Shown here piece after piece: positions 1 through 15,427 of a DNA stretch of 64,000 bases. The position numbers and the translations under genes were made by a program. Source of the stretch: Octopus vulgaris (Eukaryota); contig OX597840.1 of NCBI GenBank assembly GCA_951406725.2, positions 4,092,001 through 4,156,000 on the forward strand. The letters run 5' to 3'. Below the pieces are notes generated by a model. The model saw only the letters and a program-made list of their open reading frames with translations. It was not told where the DNA came from and searched no databases. The stretch's first letter is position 1. The number at the start of each line of letters is the position of its first letter.

Positions 1-65
1 CATCATCATCATTATAATTATCATTACCATTATTATCGTTATTTCTGTTGTTATTATTATTATTG

Positions 66-109
<44 letters not shown>

Positions 110-110
110 T

Positions 111-490
111 TAATCTGTTTGTTTGATGCAATCACCTGCTTGCCGGATCACTCCCAGCGCCCTAGGGTAAATGAAAGTTAAGAGATGTTTAGATATATTT
201 GGAAGTTTGGGGTGGGGGCCGTGGAAAATTGTGGAGATCACAACAACATTACATTCATATAAAACGACACAACACAAATAATTTAAGTTGATAGGATTTT
301 CCTGAGGGTGCAAGTGGTGCTTGTCAACATAATCTTTTGAATTTCTCTGAGATATGATTCTCCTGGGATGTTATCTAGATGTGTCTGACAACCCAGTTTT
401 GTCATATCAAGGGCATCTATAATAATAAGAAATATTCCTGATATTCTTTTTTCTTCATACCAAGGTCACCTACAATAACAAGGACCTTAT
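111..490 (-). mobile_element. 5'-truncated Dong/R4-type (RLE) non-LTR retrotransposon 3' end
   Basis: Minus strand reads (with frameshifts) VIVGDLGM...IIDALDMTKLGCQTHLDNIPG...REIQKIMLTSTTCTLRKILST*, the GALG...QK...T..ILRK C-terminus of RLE-type ORFs. Followed by a short 3'UTR and flanked by (TTA)n on both sides. Confidence 0.75.
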
Positions 491-501
491 CATCATCATC
501 A

Positions 502-568
<67 letters not shown>

Positions 569-576
569 CATTATTA

Positions 577-912
577 GAGTCCAAAATTCCGCCGAGGTTG
601 ACTTTGCTTTTCATCCTTTCCGGGTCGATAATGTAATGTATCCGTCAAGTACTGGAATCGATGTAATTAATAAACATATCTACCCACCTAGAGTTGCTGG
701 CCTTGTGCTAAAATTTCAGCTCTTAAGGCGGAGAGCTGGCAGAATCGTTACTGTACCGGTTAAAACGTTTAGCGACATTTCTTACGGCCGTTTATTTTCT
801 GAGCTCAAATCGCACCGAGGTCAAATTTGCCTTTCATTCCTACGTGGTCGATACTGGGGTTGATGTAATCGACTAGTCCCCCCCACCACCAAATTTCAGG
901 CCTTGTACCTCC
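577..912 (+). mobile_element. Two degenerate family-A tRNA-derived SINE copies
   Basis: ggcggagagctggcagaatcgtta head, B-box-like gagctcaaatc, and ctttcatcc...gtcgat core. Confidence 0.75.
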
Positions 913-933
913 TATTATCATTATTGTTGTTAT

Positions 934-1625
934 TGAGTGAGAGAGCAGCGCATGCCATCAAAGTGACATTGGGTTACAAATATACGAAGCCCAATATACC
1001 CATCATGACTACCCGTCTGATAAGGGTGCATCAGGCATATGCATCACAACCATATGTGCAGGACATGCTGACCTCATATCAAGATAAACATCGCATGACC
1101 TTGCGGGTGGGGTCCTGTTAGTATTTATTTCAGCTCAAGCAGCCCCTCCCGCTCAAAAGGTCTCTGAATATGGGTTATTTAAGGATGTTGACCGAAACAC
1201 TCACGTTTCCAGGGGTGAATTATTCAAACCTCAAAGAATCCCTCTCAACACATGGCTATAATGCTCCCCCACTACTCCTGCTGGAGTTCAAAGGTGCACA
1301 TGTCATAAATCACTAGGGGACATGCTCAACAGGTTATGGTGTAGCAACTAACAAGCAAATCCGCAGTATTGAGCAGAGTATTTTTTGTACACACAGACAA
1401 AACATATACATGGTAACACTTCCAATCAGTTAAGATTAGAAGTCATGAGAGCAACTGTCTGATACTGCACAGCGCATTGATACTCCCCAGCAATTCCTGC
1501 TCGTGATCAGAGATGCACATATTGTCAGCCACTAAGTGACATCCTCAACTGGTTATGGTCAAGCAAATGAGAAGCATATCTGCGATATTGAGCAGAATAT
1601 TTGCTGTAGCTCATCTTTTATACCA
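934..1625 (-). mobile_element. Interspersed repeat family F, probably a (TAA)n-associated non-LTR 3' region; partial internal duplication at about 1481-1625
   Basis: About 85% similar by eye to 4843-5180. Shared left end (..gcatgccatcaaagtgaca..) abuts (TTA)n, right end is variable. Strand inferred from this truncation polarity. Confidence 0.6.
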
Positions 1626-1666
1626 TCTTTTATTATTATTATTACTGTTGTTGTTGTTGTTGTTAT

Positions 1667-1851
1667 GGCGGCGAGCTGGCAGAATCGTAAGCACACCGGG
1701 AAAAATGCTTAGCGGCATTTCGTCCGTCCTTATATTCTGAGTTCAAATTCCACCGAGGATTGATAAAATAAGTACCAGTTACGTACTAGGGTCAATTTAA
1801 TCGACTATCTCCCTCCTCCAAATTTCAGGCCTTGTGCCTATAGTAGAAAGG

Positions 1852-1934
<83 letters not shown>

Positions 1935-1960
1935 CATCATTATTATTATTACTGTTATTA

Positions 1961-2026
<66 letters not shown>

Positions 2027-2230
2027 GTTGTTGTTGTTATCATTATTAAAGCGGCGAGCTGGCTGAATGCTTAACGAAATTTCGTCCGTCTTTACATTTT
2101 GAGTTCGTATTCCGCCGTGGAATACCTTTTATCCTTTCAGAGTCGATACCAGTGAAACACTGGGGGTCGATGACATCGACTGGTCCCCTCTCCCAGAATT
2201 TCAGGCTTTGTGCCTTTTGTAGAAAGGATT
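1667..2230 (+). mobile_element. Two family-A SINEs (1667-1853, 2051-2230) with a tail ending in (ATT)n
   Basis: A-box TGGCAGAATCGT, B-box GAGTTCAAATTC, tail caaatttcaggccttgtgcctatagtagaaaggATTATT. Confidence 0.85.
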
Positions 2231-2234
2231 TTTG

Positions 2235-2596
2235 GTGGGAGGGGACTAGTCGATTACATCGACCCCAGTGTGTAACTGGTACTTAATTTATTAATCCCGA
2301 AAGGATGAAAGACAAAGTCGACCGCGGCAGAATTTGAACTCAACGTAGCAGCAAACGAAATACCTATTTCTTTACTACCCACAAGGGGCTAAACACAGAG
2401 AGGACAAATAAGGACAGACAGACGGATTAAGTCGATTATATCGACCCCATTGCGCAACTGGTACTTATTTAATCGACTCCCGAAAGGATGAAAGGCAATG
2501 TTGACTTCGGCGGAATTTGAACTCAGAACGTAGCGGCAGACGAAAGACTGCTAAGCATTTCGCCCGGCGTACTAACGATTCTGCCAGCTCGCCGCC
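2235..2596 (-). mobile_element. Family-A SINE, internally duplicated form
   Basis: Reverse complement of the family-A consensus; the body repeats after the aaagaaataggtatttc junction. Confidence 0.88.
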
Positions 2597-2723
<127 letters not shown>

Positions 2724-2818
2724 GATAGCATGGTACCGTAGGCTGCAGGCAGCAAGCCCGATACGCATAAAGGACTCCAGTAGATCCAGCAAAACCCGAG
2801 ATAAAACGAAATAATAAT

Positions 2819-2881
<63 letters not shown>

Positions 2882-3130
2882 GCCATCAGAAGTGTGGGTT
2901 GGCTATAGGGGTAGGTTGGTAGAACTGATAGGGCACTGTATGAAATATATGGGGTTGTTTGTTCCGGATCTTAACGTTTTGATTTCAAATTCCACAAAAT
3001 TCATCTATGTCTTTCTTTGTCGTACCAGCCAAATACGAGAGACAATGCAATCGACTTTCCCCACCCACCTCTTGCCAAATTATTTGTCCTTGAATCCGAT
3101 GTTAAATCGATCATTTAACGGCGGTGACTT

Positions 3131-3418
3131 GGCACATGGCCTAGTGGTTAGAGCAGCGGACTTGAGGTCGAGGGATCGCGGGTTCGAATCTCAAACCGGG
3201 CGATGTGTGTGTTTATGAGCGAAACACCTAAGCTCCACGCGGTAATGGCGAACTTCTGCTGACTCTTTCGCCACAACTTTCACTCTCACTCTTTCCTCCT
3301 GCATCTTGCAGCTCACCTGCGACAGACCAGCGTCCCGTCCAGGTGGGGAATCTATACGCCAAGGAAACTGGGAAACCGGCCCTTATGAGCCAGGCATGGC
3401 TCGAGAAGGAAGAAACAA
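3131..3418 (+). mobile_element. Family-D tRNA-derived SINE
   Basis: TGGCCTAGTGGTTAGAGC...GGGTTCGAATC head; homologous to minus copies at 27615-27856 and 27895-28187. Confidence 0.85.
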
Positions 3419-3972
3419 CAGAAGGTGACTTGGCCGAGTCGTTAGAGCATCGGACAAAATATATTGCGTTTTATTCTAGAATTTTACGTTCTAAGTTCAA
3501 ATCTCACAGTGTTCAAATTTCTCTTTCATTCCTTCCACGTCCTGCTTATAAAACAAATACCACTCGAGTACTGAGGGTAATATGAGCGAGTAACCCACTC
3601 AGCCGTCCCCTCCCCTCAAAAAAAATTATGGCCGTGAGCTTATGTTATAAAATATTGCTCACTTCATCAGTTGCCCTGGTGGTAAACAAATAAAAATCAT
3701 TTTTACGATAATGGTTTCTAACATGGGCTCAAGTATTTAAAACGTCTTATAGGTATTTAGTTACGGCCCTTTATATTTTGAGTTCAAATCCCGCAGAGGC
3801 CAACTATGCTTTTCATGTTTCTGGGGTCAATAAAAATAGTAGAGGTCATGTACTAGGGGTGGTTTAATAGACCTACGTCTCCCTCCAAATGTTCTAGCTT
3901 TGTATCTATGTTTAAAAATTATTATCAACTAGACCCCTTTTTTTCAGGCCTTGTGCCTATATTAGAAAATAT

Positions 3973-3998
3973 CGTCATCATCATCATCATCATCATCA

Positions 3999-4089
<91 letters not shown>

Positions 4090-4090
4090 C

Positions 4091-4173
<83 letters not shown>

Positions 4174-4199
4174 CATTATTATTATTATTATTATTATTA

Positions 4200-4258
<59 letters not shown>

Positions 4259-4260
4259 TA
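3973..4260. repeat. (CAT)n/(ATT)n microsatellite, representative of many trinucleotide tracts in 1-6 kb
   Basis: Read directly. Confidence 0.98.
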
Positions 4261-4296
4261 GCTTCCCCTCAGCACATTTGTGGATAAGAAAATTAA

Positions 4297-4500
4297 GGCG
4301 GCGAGCTGATAAAACCGTTGGCATGCTTAAGGGCATTTCATGCGCCTTTACGTTCTGAGTTTAAATTCTGACGAGATCAACTTTGCCTTTCATCCCTTTC
4401 GGGTTCGATAAATTAAGTACCAGTTGAGCACTGGGGTCGATGTAATCGATTAGCCTCTCCTCCCAAATTTCAGGTCTTGTGCTAATAGTAGAAAGCATTA
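4297..4500 (+). mobile_element. Family-A SINE
   Basis: Matches the family-A consensus. Confidence 0.85.
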
Positions 4501-4547
4501 CTACTACTACTACTACTACCACTACTATTATTATCATTATTATTATT

Positions 4548-4749
4548 GCCTTTGCACTGCTTCTAACGCTGGAGATGTACTACGGTGTCAGCTGTTCACT
4601 ACCAGTGAACTAAGGTAACACCTTATTTTACGAGTACCTTCCAGAATATTCGACCGGTTCTAAGCAGTGCTGTTTGCTGCAAGTGTTCCACCCTTATTGC
4701 AGCCCCTATTTGTTCCATGTACTTCTCGAGATTTTTGCTCACTGTTCTC

Positions 4750-4750
<1 letters not shown>
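4548..4750 (-). mobile_element. Second Dong/R4-type LINE 3' end (different family)
   Basis: Minus strand encodes RTVSKNLEKYMEQIGAAIRVEHLQQTALLRTGRIFWKVLVK* plus a short 3'UTR. Embedded in (TTA)n on both sides. Confidence 0.78.
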
Positions 4751-4819
<69 letters not shown>

Positions 4820-4842
4820 GTTATTGTTGTTGTTATTATTAT

Positions 4843-5179
4843 TGAGACATCAGTGCATGCCATCAAAGTGACACTGAGGTAAAATATACGAAGCCCAGTA
4901 TACCCATCATGACTACCCGTCTGATAAGGGTACATTAGGCATATGCATCACAACCATATGTGCGCGACAGGCTGATCTCATATCAAGATAAACAGTACAT
5001 GACCTTGCAGATGGGGCCCAGTTAGAATTTTCTTCTGGTCGAGTAACCCATCCTCCTCAAAAAGGTTCCTGAATAAGGGTTGTTTAAGGGTTTTGAAGGA
5101 AACACCCATGTTTCCAGAGGTGAATTATTCAAAACCCAAAGAATCCCTCTCAACACATTTGCTATGGATGCCCCTCCAC

Positions 5180-5180
<1 letters not shown>
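4843..5180 (-). mobile_element. Family F copy
   Basis: Homologous to 934-1275, with (TTA)n on both flanks. Confidence 0.65.
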
Positions 5181-5249
<69 letters not shown>

Positions 5250-5786
5250 CATTATTATTATCATCATTATTACAAGAAACGATATAAGCACAGGACGAAA
5301 CGCCTTACCAAATTTAGTTCCGTCCGTACACACCCCACCGGGATCTACTTTCTCTTTTATTTAACTCCAGTGTTGATATAGATAAGAATAGGCCCTATTT
5401 GCATCAAAGAGCTTCAATATAACCCATTACTATTCCTCCTCTCATCGAAAAATATATGAGACGTGGTGGATGATTTTTTTTCTAATATTAGGCGGTATTT
5501 ATCGTGATGAGGGATTACACTGGTAAAGCCGGTAAAGTGCCGGACTAAATACCTTGTAGTAAGTATTTCGTTAGGTTTTGAGTTCAAATTCTGCCATGGT
5601 TCTAGCTGATTTCACTTTTCATCCTTATGAAGAAAGTAGAGACCAAAAACGACAAAGTACCAGTGATATAATGGTGTGGATATAATTACAGATTCTACGG
5701 TTTGCCTAGTTGTGGTGGTGGCCTTGTACGTTAGAAATAATTGTGATGCCGTTGTTGTTGTTGTTGTTGTTTGTTGTTGCTGTTCT

Positions 5787-5833
<47 letters not shown>

Positions 5834-5917
5834 CTGTTGTTGAAGTTGGGTTTATTCGTTTGCTGCTGCTAATTCTTGCTACAGTTGCTCGTTGCAATAA
5901 TTGTTGTTGTTGTTGTT

Positions 5918-5948
<31 letters not shown>

Positions 5949-7276
5949 CAACTGCTGATGCTGGTGATTACGATGATCATAATGATGATGTTGATAATGG
6001 TGCTTTTTCTTGCTTGCTTGGTTTCTTATTTCATTTTTGCTTTTTTTTTATATTTCTTTGATTTTCCTAAGATTTTTTTTATTTCAGTTTTTCATTTCAG
6101 TTCTTTATTTTCCTGTAGATCTATTCTTTTATTTGTTACTACGTACGTACGTTAGCCAGCTGAGGAAAGAGAACGGAGCCTCTATCTACTTCAGGCTCCA
6201 ACCAGTCTAGACCGGTGACATGGGTGTATTTTAGTGCGGTTTACAATTAAGTACTATATTTAGGGAGGTTAATATTTGCTGAAAACGTACGAGCTGAGAC
6301 AAGGAGGGAAGAAACTCTAAAGGATCGAAGTCCTGAGGAAGAAGGATTGGGCGAAAAAATTGATTATGTGGAATCTAGAAGAGGAGAGATATAGTGATAG
6401 GAGATAGTTGAGGAACGTGGGAGGAAGAGAAGGATGAACGGGAGAGCAGGAAAGAAACAGGTGAACAGAAGGAGGAGCAGGGGAGAAAGAGAAGGGGTAA
6501 CAGGGGAGCAGGAGAAGCAGGAACTGGGAAGAGGAAGGAGGAGTAGAGGAGGGGAAGAGGAGGGGAGGAAAAGGAGAAAGGTGAAGATGCCAATGAGAAA
6601 TCGCCAACGTAGTAGCGGTAGAATATGAAAAGAGATGAGAGAAACGGTGACTAATGGCAACTGATGGTGAGTGACTGTGAGAGATTGTGAGTAGTGGTGA
6701 GTGATTGTGAGTGATAGTGTATGGCGATAAGTGATAGCGGGTGATGGCGATGTTTGGGGATTTAGACTTTGAGATCTGACTGTCGTATTGGCATTACAAT
6801 CGCCCCATATATATAGAGAGAAGTAGGTCTTGAACATGGGTCTTGGCCCTTGCAAAAGCACCTACTTTAAGGCACAAAGATACCTTTTTTCTGAAGTAAG
6901 AAAACAACTGGAAACACTATTTTCCACCCGATTTGCGCAAACATAGAATCATGAACATAAGTATTTCCTAAACTGAAATAGTGGTTCGTCTGATGTCGTT
7001 CAACATATGTGTTATACATACACACACATAAGCATATATATACATACATACGTGTATGCGCAAAGCGAATTACGACTATCAAAATGTTTTCTAATCAAAA
7101 TAAAGGTTTAAAAAAAAAACGAGGAACCTTTTGACATGTCGATACACATCTGCACCAAATGATGCAACCACAGCTCTTTGTAAAGCATCTCACCTGCCAG
7201 GAACCTGTGCACAATGAACCGAAACTATCGTAGTGAATAATGAAAAGTCTCGTGAATTCCATTTTCTTTCTCTCAT

Positions 7277-7317
<41 letters not shown>

Positions 7318-7332
7318 TATATATATATATAA

Positions 7333-7595
7333 GTTCAGCAAAATTTAGATTCAAATGAATATGGTACTTAAGTTAGATGCACCAGAATTTTGTATGGTGT
7401 AATCCATATAAATCCATAGGGTGATTATAATCAAAATAAGCAACAAGAATGACGCCGGTAATTTGGTACGATCGTTTCACGCTACATCATTTTATTAAAC
7501 ATTGTAAGCATTACAGCGGTTTTAAAATGTTGAGCAATCATCAGCCATTTATAGAGGTTTTCCATTAATACATATTTTCATATTAATTGATAACA
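7333..7595 (-). mobile_element. Penelope-like remnant in (TA)n with a hammerhead-like motif (7464-7547)
   Basis: Minus strand: TGG-CTGATGA...GAAA-CGATCG-TA-CCA. The first ~120 bp are nearly identical to 55798-55915. Confidence 0.65.
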
Positions 7596-7619
7596 TTATA
7601 TATATATATATATATATAG

Positions 7620-7685
<66 letters not shown>

Positions 7686-8520
7686 GTGAGTGAGTATATA
7701 TATTTTCGTATTATTTTTCATCGGTAAAAGTTCCAACAGTAGTTATTTGCTTAGCTTCGCGCACGAAAATCTCGGTGTGTGACTCACTTATATAATATCT
7801 GGGGTTTAATATGTGTGTGTGTAGAAGTACATACATACATACCTATTTATACATATATACACATTTATCCATAGATGTGCGTATATGTGTGTCATTATTC
7901 AGTTTAATTTCAAAATTTCTTACCAATAAAGAACCGGTTTCTAACCTAGATCCAAGGCTCTTTCACTGGAATTTCAACATCAACAACGTATGTATGTATG
8001 TATGTATGTATGTATGTATGTATGTATGTATGTATGTATACATGTATGTATGTATGTAGATTTGTATGTATGTATGTATACATGTATGTATACATGTATG
8101 TATGTATATATATATGTATGTATGTATGTAGATTTGTATGTTTTGTTTTATATATGTATTCTCATGCATATATTCGCATATCTGGACATACATACTCATA
8201 TGTACTTAAATGATAAACTTCTGGAAAGTTTTACAAATTTTTACAGTTCCAGTGATGGAGTTGATCTGTAATCGTCGAATCAGTTTTCTCCTTTCTGTTT
8301 CTGAGAAGCCTAATTTCTCAAGATTGGTATTTAGGTAGTGTGTTACATATGCCAGGACCCCAATAATTACAGGTATAAACCTGAAAATGTAATCTAGAGA
8401 GAGTAACTGCAGATTTATCAATAGGGCAGCGTAGGTATTTTCTTTTTAACTGATCTTCAGCTTGTATGTATGTATGTATGTATGTATGTATGTATGTATG
8501 TATGTATGTATGTATGCATG

Positions 8521-8770
8521 TGGAGGTGCGTGGCGTAGTTGTTACGGTGTTGCACACATGATCGTAAGATTGCGGTTTCGATTTCTGGACCGGGCTGTGT
8601 GTTGTGCTCTTGAGCAAAGCACTTTATTTCACGTTGCTCTTGTCGGCTCAGTTGACAAAAATCTGTGATTATGCGACGACGAACTTGCGTCCTACCCAGG
8701 GCCGGAGGAATATATTTTACAGAGGATTATATACACGCCACGGTATCCGTGAAACCAACTCTATGAGCCA
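8521..8770 (+). mobile_element. Family-C CORE-type SINE (degenerate)
   Basis: tRNA-like head, cttgagcaaagcactt CORE-like motif; homologous to 35354-35600. Confidence 0.75.
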
Positions 8771-8830
8771 ATGACTGGGGATGTACCTCTGATACTTTTT
8801 ATACATATACATACATATATATATACACAC

Positions 8831-8908
<78 letters not shown>

Positions 8909-8924
8909 ATGTATCTCTTTTTTT

Positions 8925-9320
8925 CTTTTACTTGTTTCAGTCATTTCACTGCGGCCATGCAGGGGCATCGCCTTTAGTCGAGCAAATCTACCCCAGGACT
9001 TATTCTTTGTAAGCCTAGTACTTATTCTATCGGTTCTCTTTTACCGAACCGCTAAGTTACGGGGACGTAAACACCATCGGTTGTCAAGTGATGTTGGGGG
9101 ACAATCACAGACACACAAACATATACACACACATACATATATGTATACATATATACGACGGGCTTCTTTCAGTTTCCGTCTATCAAATCCACTCACAAGG
9201 CTTTGGTCGGTCCGAGGCTATAGTAGAAGACACTTGCCAAAGGTACCACACGTTGGGAATGAACCTGGAACTATATGGTTGGTAAGCAAGCCACTTACCA
9301 CACAGCAACTTCTGCGCCTA
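8925..9320 (-). mobile_element. Family-B CORE-type SINE, full length, with internal (TA/TG)n
   Basis: Reverse complement of head aggcgcaggagtggctgtgtggtaag...gggttcagtccc...ccttgggcaagtgtctt and tail gactgaaacaagtaaaag. Confidence 0.9.
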
Positions 9321-9364
9321 TATGTATGTATGTATATATATATATGTATATGTGTATGAATGTG

Positions 9365-9395
<31 letters not shown>

Positions 9396-9402
9396 CTGTG
9401 TC

Positions 9403-9464
<62 letters not shown>

Positions 9465-9471
9465 TGTGTCC

Positions 9472-9522
<51 letters not shown>

Positions 9523-9554
9523 CATACATATAGCATATATATATACACACATAT

Positions 9555-9745
9555 AGTAAAACAGGTAATTGGAAATATTTTGGTATTATTTATTCACCTT
9601 TACACGTGTTTCATTTGCTAACAGGAATCACAAAGTTTTACATGTTACTTTGACATGTAAGGAATTACCTATTAGAAATTCTTCAGATAGTAAGCAGATG
9701 TCTTCAAGAGGAAACAGCTGATATTTCACTCTGACTAGCTACATA
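9555..9745 (-). mobile_element. Penelope-like remnant with a degenerate hammerhead motif
   Basis: Minus strand: cctc-TTGAAGA-C-ATCTGCT...AGCAAAT-GAAA-CACGTG-TA-AAGG, followed by AATAAA. Confidence 0.55.
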
Positions 9746-9799
9746 ATGTGTGTGAGTGTGTATATGTGTGTACGTGAGTGTGTATATGTGTGTATTGTC

Positions 9800-10853
<1,054 letters not shown>

Positions 10854-11657
10854 TCCAAGAAAGTTAGAGGCTGTGAATCTAACCACGGGATGATATCTAT
10901 CCAATATACTGCTGGTAGTATACCCAATTATTAATACACAAGTGTTTTTTATTGCATTGCAATTACATTACCGAGTGTACTAAATGGGTGAAGGTAAAGA
11001 GATATTTTACCATTAATTTATAGAGCAATCAGAAAATGGAGGGGATCAATAGGTGGTTCATCAACTTTAGACATTAAGTTATGCTAACTTAACGTCTAAA
11101 AGTTGATGAACCAAATCCACTCACAAGGTTTTGTTCGACCCGAGGCTAAAGTAGAAGATACTTGCCCAAGGTGCCCCGCAGCGGGACTGAACTCAGAACC
11201 ATGTGGTTAGTAAGCAAGCTACTAACCACACAACCACTCCAGCGCCTATATATTATATATGTACGTATATATATATATATGCATATATATGTGTGTATAT
11301 ATATAATATGTATTATGGGTGTATGTGTCTATACATGTGTTGTGTGTGTGTGTGTATATGTCAATACATGTGTGTGTGTGTGTGTGTGTTACTCATGATC
11401 ACGTCTACTGTTAATTAAAACTTAAGCCGTGTAACAGCACTGAGGAATAACGCTGAGGGATATGTAGAAATTCATATATATAAATATGAGTGTGTGTGCG
11501 TGTGTATGTGTGTGTGTGTGTGTGTTCGTGCGTGTGTATGTGTATACACTCACAGCAAATCATATTATGTAAGTGTAAGTTTGTTAGCTTCTCAATATAT
11601 TTCTTTATATTTTATATATGCATATATATATATATATATATAATGTATATCTGTGTG

Positions 11658-11717
<60 letters not shown>

Positions 11718-11957
11718 ATATACAGAAGGAAAGAAAAATAGATATACATACGTATGTATATATATCTCTGTATATATACATATACATACATTAATATGTC
11801 TGTAAATAATTGTATGTGTATTTTATGTATAGATATATATATATTATCTTTACAAATATATATATACATATATACGAGTACACATATATATATACATATA
11901 TATTATATATATATACAAATATATATATTTGTATTTACTTATATACACATACATAGA

Positions 11958-12066
<109 letters not shown>

Positions 12067-12390
12067 TGATGTACTTTGTTATAATAAAACAATCTAAAAG
12101 CGAATCGTTGTTGAGTTTCCCTGGGAGAGATTCGCCGGGAAAACCAGAAAACAGCTGAGATTCCATGAATAAATAAAGATTGGTTAACAGAACCGGATAA
12201 ACATATTCCAAGTTCTTTTTGCAATACATATATATATATATATATGCAGACACACACACGCACACACCAGCCTTACAATAACTTCGTGATGGTGTTGCTG
12301 TTGTTGTTGTTGTTTGCATGATGGCGCTTTGGTTCAGGTTGGCCAGTGAAATATTCCAGCAAAATATTTGTATGGTATATACGAGAGAGA

Positions 12391-12432
<42 letters not shown>

Positions 12433-12477
12433 ATACAGTATAAACACACATATGTATATATATATGTTTGTGTATAT

Positions 12478-12530
<53 letters not shown>

Positions 12531-12692
12531 TGTATTTGTGAGTTTGTGTGCATCTGTATATTTATATATATATATGTGTGTGTGTGTGTACGTATATATA
12601 CATGTATATATAACTATATTCATATCTTAGCCTTATATATATATATATACATATGTATATATATACAGTTATGATTATATGTGAATATGTAC

Positions 12693-12727
<35 letters not shown>

Positions 12728-13249
12728 TGTATGTATGTATGTATGTATGTATGGATGTATGTATGTATGTATGTATGTATGTACTTGTATATGTATGTAT
12801 GTATACATATATATGTATGTATGTATGCATGCTCGTATGTATATATACATATACATGCATATAAATATATTCACACACAGATACATAATATATGTGTGTA
12901 TTAATTTATAAACACACACACACACACACTCACATTTACACACACTTGTGTGCATGGCCTGGACCAATAATGGCCGAAACCTATCAAAGTATCAAAGTAT
13001 GTTTATCTCAAACGTATGTATATATACGTGTAGGTGTGTGTAGGGAGAGAGGGGGTGAGAGAGAGAAGGGACGTGAGAGTGATTTATACATTGACGTATA
13101 AACTTATAGCTATACAGCGCGTAAAAGGCGAAACATTGTTATAGAAAGTGCTTATGTAAAGTGAAGTGCTAAAGAACACCCCATGCAGAGCGCGCAGTAT
13201 CTTTTATAATCTGAATCTAGACAAGAACAAAATGGCAAATACATACAAG

Positions 13250-13408
13250 CAGGCGTAGCTGTGTGGTAAGTAGCTTGCTTACCAACCACACGGTTCCGGG
13301 TTCAGTTCCACTGCGTGGCATCTTGGGCAAGTGTCTTCTGCTATAGCCTCGGGCCGACCAATGCCTTGTGAGTGGATTTGGTAGACGGAAACTGAAAGAA
13401 GCCTGTCG

Positions 13409-13483
<75 letters not shown>

Positions 13484-13720
13484 ATGTATGTGTGTGTATA
13501 CGTTTGTGTGTCTGTGTTTGTCCCCCCACCATCGCTTGACAACCGATGCTGGTGTGTTTACGTCCCCGTCACTTAGCGGTTCGGCAAAAAGAAACCGATA
13601 GAATAAGTACTGGGCTTATAAAAGAATAAGTCCTGGGGGTTGATTTGCTCGACAAAAAAGGTGGTGCTCCAGCATAGCCGCAGTCAAATGACTGAAACAA
13701 GTAAAAGAGTAAAGAGTAAG
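13250..13720 (+). mobile_element. Family-B SINE, full length
   Basis: Head, CORE-like motif, internal (TA)n, tail ending (gtaaaaga)n. Confidence 0.9.
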
Positions 13721-14101
13721 AGTAAGCAACTGAAAATACAGCACATATATATATGCACGCAAAACTGTGTGTGTGTGAGTGTGTGTAAGTCTGTGAGTGT
13801 GTGTAAGTCTGTGCATACATCTGTCTGTCTGTATGTGTGTGATATAATACAGTTGGTTGAAAGCGAATGACAATCTCGCGACTCGGGTTTCGTGGCATTG
13901 CGATCGTCAGGTGCCTGAAGATAGAGCCAGTGGATGAAGATTTGGTTTCAATCGAAAAGTACTTTGCAGACTCAGTGTAGCATTCCTCTATCATTCGTTG
14001 GAAGCAATTCAACGTTCGTAAAGCGATGCATGTATATACTCATGCATACATATATACATACATATGTACACGTGTATTTATATATGTGTGTGTGATGTGT
14101 G

Positions 14102-14160
<59 letters not shown>

Positions 14161-14226
14161 ATATATGTATGTATATATACATATACATCATATACACGTA
14201 CATATATACATCATATATAGATGTAC

Positions 14227-14264
<38 letters not shown>

Positions 14265-14346
14265 AATATTAGGGAATAAATCCAAATTTACAGGGAAAAA
14301 TCAGATTTAGGATTAAATCCAATTTTATAGTAAAATATTATATAAT

Positions 14347-14588
14347 ATAGCAATCGCCCGGCGTTGCTCAGGTTTGTAGGAAATAACTATAAAGCATTTT
14401 TAGAGAGTTATAGCCAAAAAATAGCCAAAAAATGGAAAAAAATTATGGTAAATTTTTTTGAGAGTTAAAAAAGGTGGAGTTGCGTCCCCTATTTCAGAAG
14501 TGGGGGTAAGCCGTGGTCAGGGTGAGGGTACAAGCAAACAGACACACAGAAACACACACAGACAAACTGCCGTTTATATATAGAGAGA
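14347..14588 (-). mobile_element. Short non-autonomous Helitron inserted in an AT-rich repeat
   Basis: Minus strand starts A|TCTCTCTATATATAAACGGC, the same 5' end as 53744-54891, and ends with a GC-rich hairpin (cctgagcaacgccggg) next to a decayed CTAG. Confidence 0.65.
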
Positions 14589-15221
14589 TTAATTAGAGAC
14601 AAAACCACTATTTTGCAAAACAAACAAGGAAAGACTTAATCAATACATAAAAATTTAATAAAAAGTCAAAAGTATATGTATATATACATATACATATATA
14701 TACATATACATATATATATATATATGCATATACATATATATACATATACATATACATATATATACATATACATATATATATACATATACATACATATACA
14801 TATATATACATATACATATATATATACATATACATATATATACATATACATATACATATACATACATATACATATATATACATATATATATATTATTCGA
14901 TTCCTTTTCTGGTTGTATGCGGCCATGATGGAGCTTTGCTCTCAATTGCCTCAGAAAATTATATCGAGTCTTGTTTCAATTCTGGTAATCATTTTATGGA
15001 ATGGTTAAGTTTGCCAAGGTTAGCTCCCTTTTCTAGGTTGATATACCATAAGATATATACACCGATTTACACCAGTATACAAAAAACAGCTACATCTCTT
15101 TCTCCCTCTTTCTCTATATATACAAACGTATGTATGTAGATATATATATATGCTTCTATATACAGACACATGTGTACATACATATATATACATATAAAAA
15201 TGTAAATTTAGGGAATGTAGT

Positions 15222-15390
15222 TAGTAAAATCCAGGCTACATATTTTTCCTAGCTAGCAGAACCTCGGAAATAATAATTACTCAACGAGGAGTACCCCACT
15301 AGCTACTCATCGGGTCGAATGTACCTTAGTCAAGCTTAGTAACTTCCTACATCAGGATCCTTGGATCTTACCTTTACATATAACTATACA
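15222..15390 (-). mobile_element. Penelope-like remnant related to 45820-46230
   Basis: Minus strand: CCGATGA-G-TAGC...GCTA-G-GAAA-AATATG-TA-GCC. Shares the gatccttggatcttac end with about 46209-46224. Confidence 0.55.
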
Positions 15391-15427
15391 TACATATATA
15401 CACATATATACTATATACCATATATGT

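Noticed and set aside
6317-6861. Pro/Ser/Leu-rich ORFs
   Set aside because: Low-complexity purine-rich tract.
11055-11112. 58-bp hairpin as a pre-miRNA candidate (also 44462-44520 and 55898-55945)
   Set aside because: They look like fold-back scars at the ends of repeat fragments, and there is no expression evidence.
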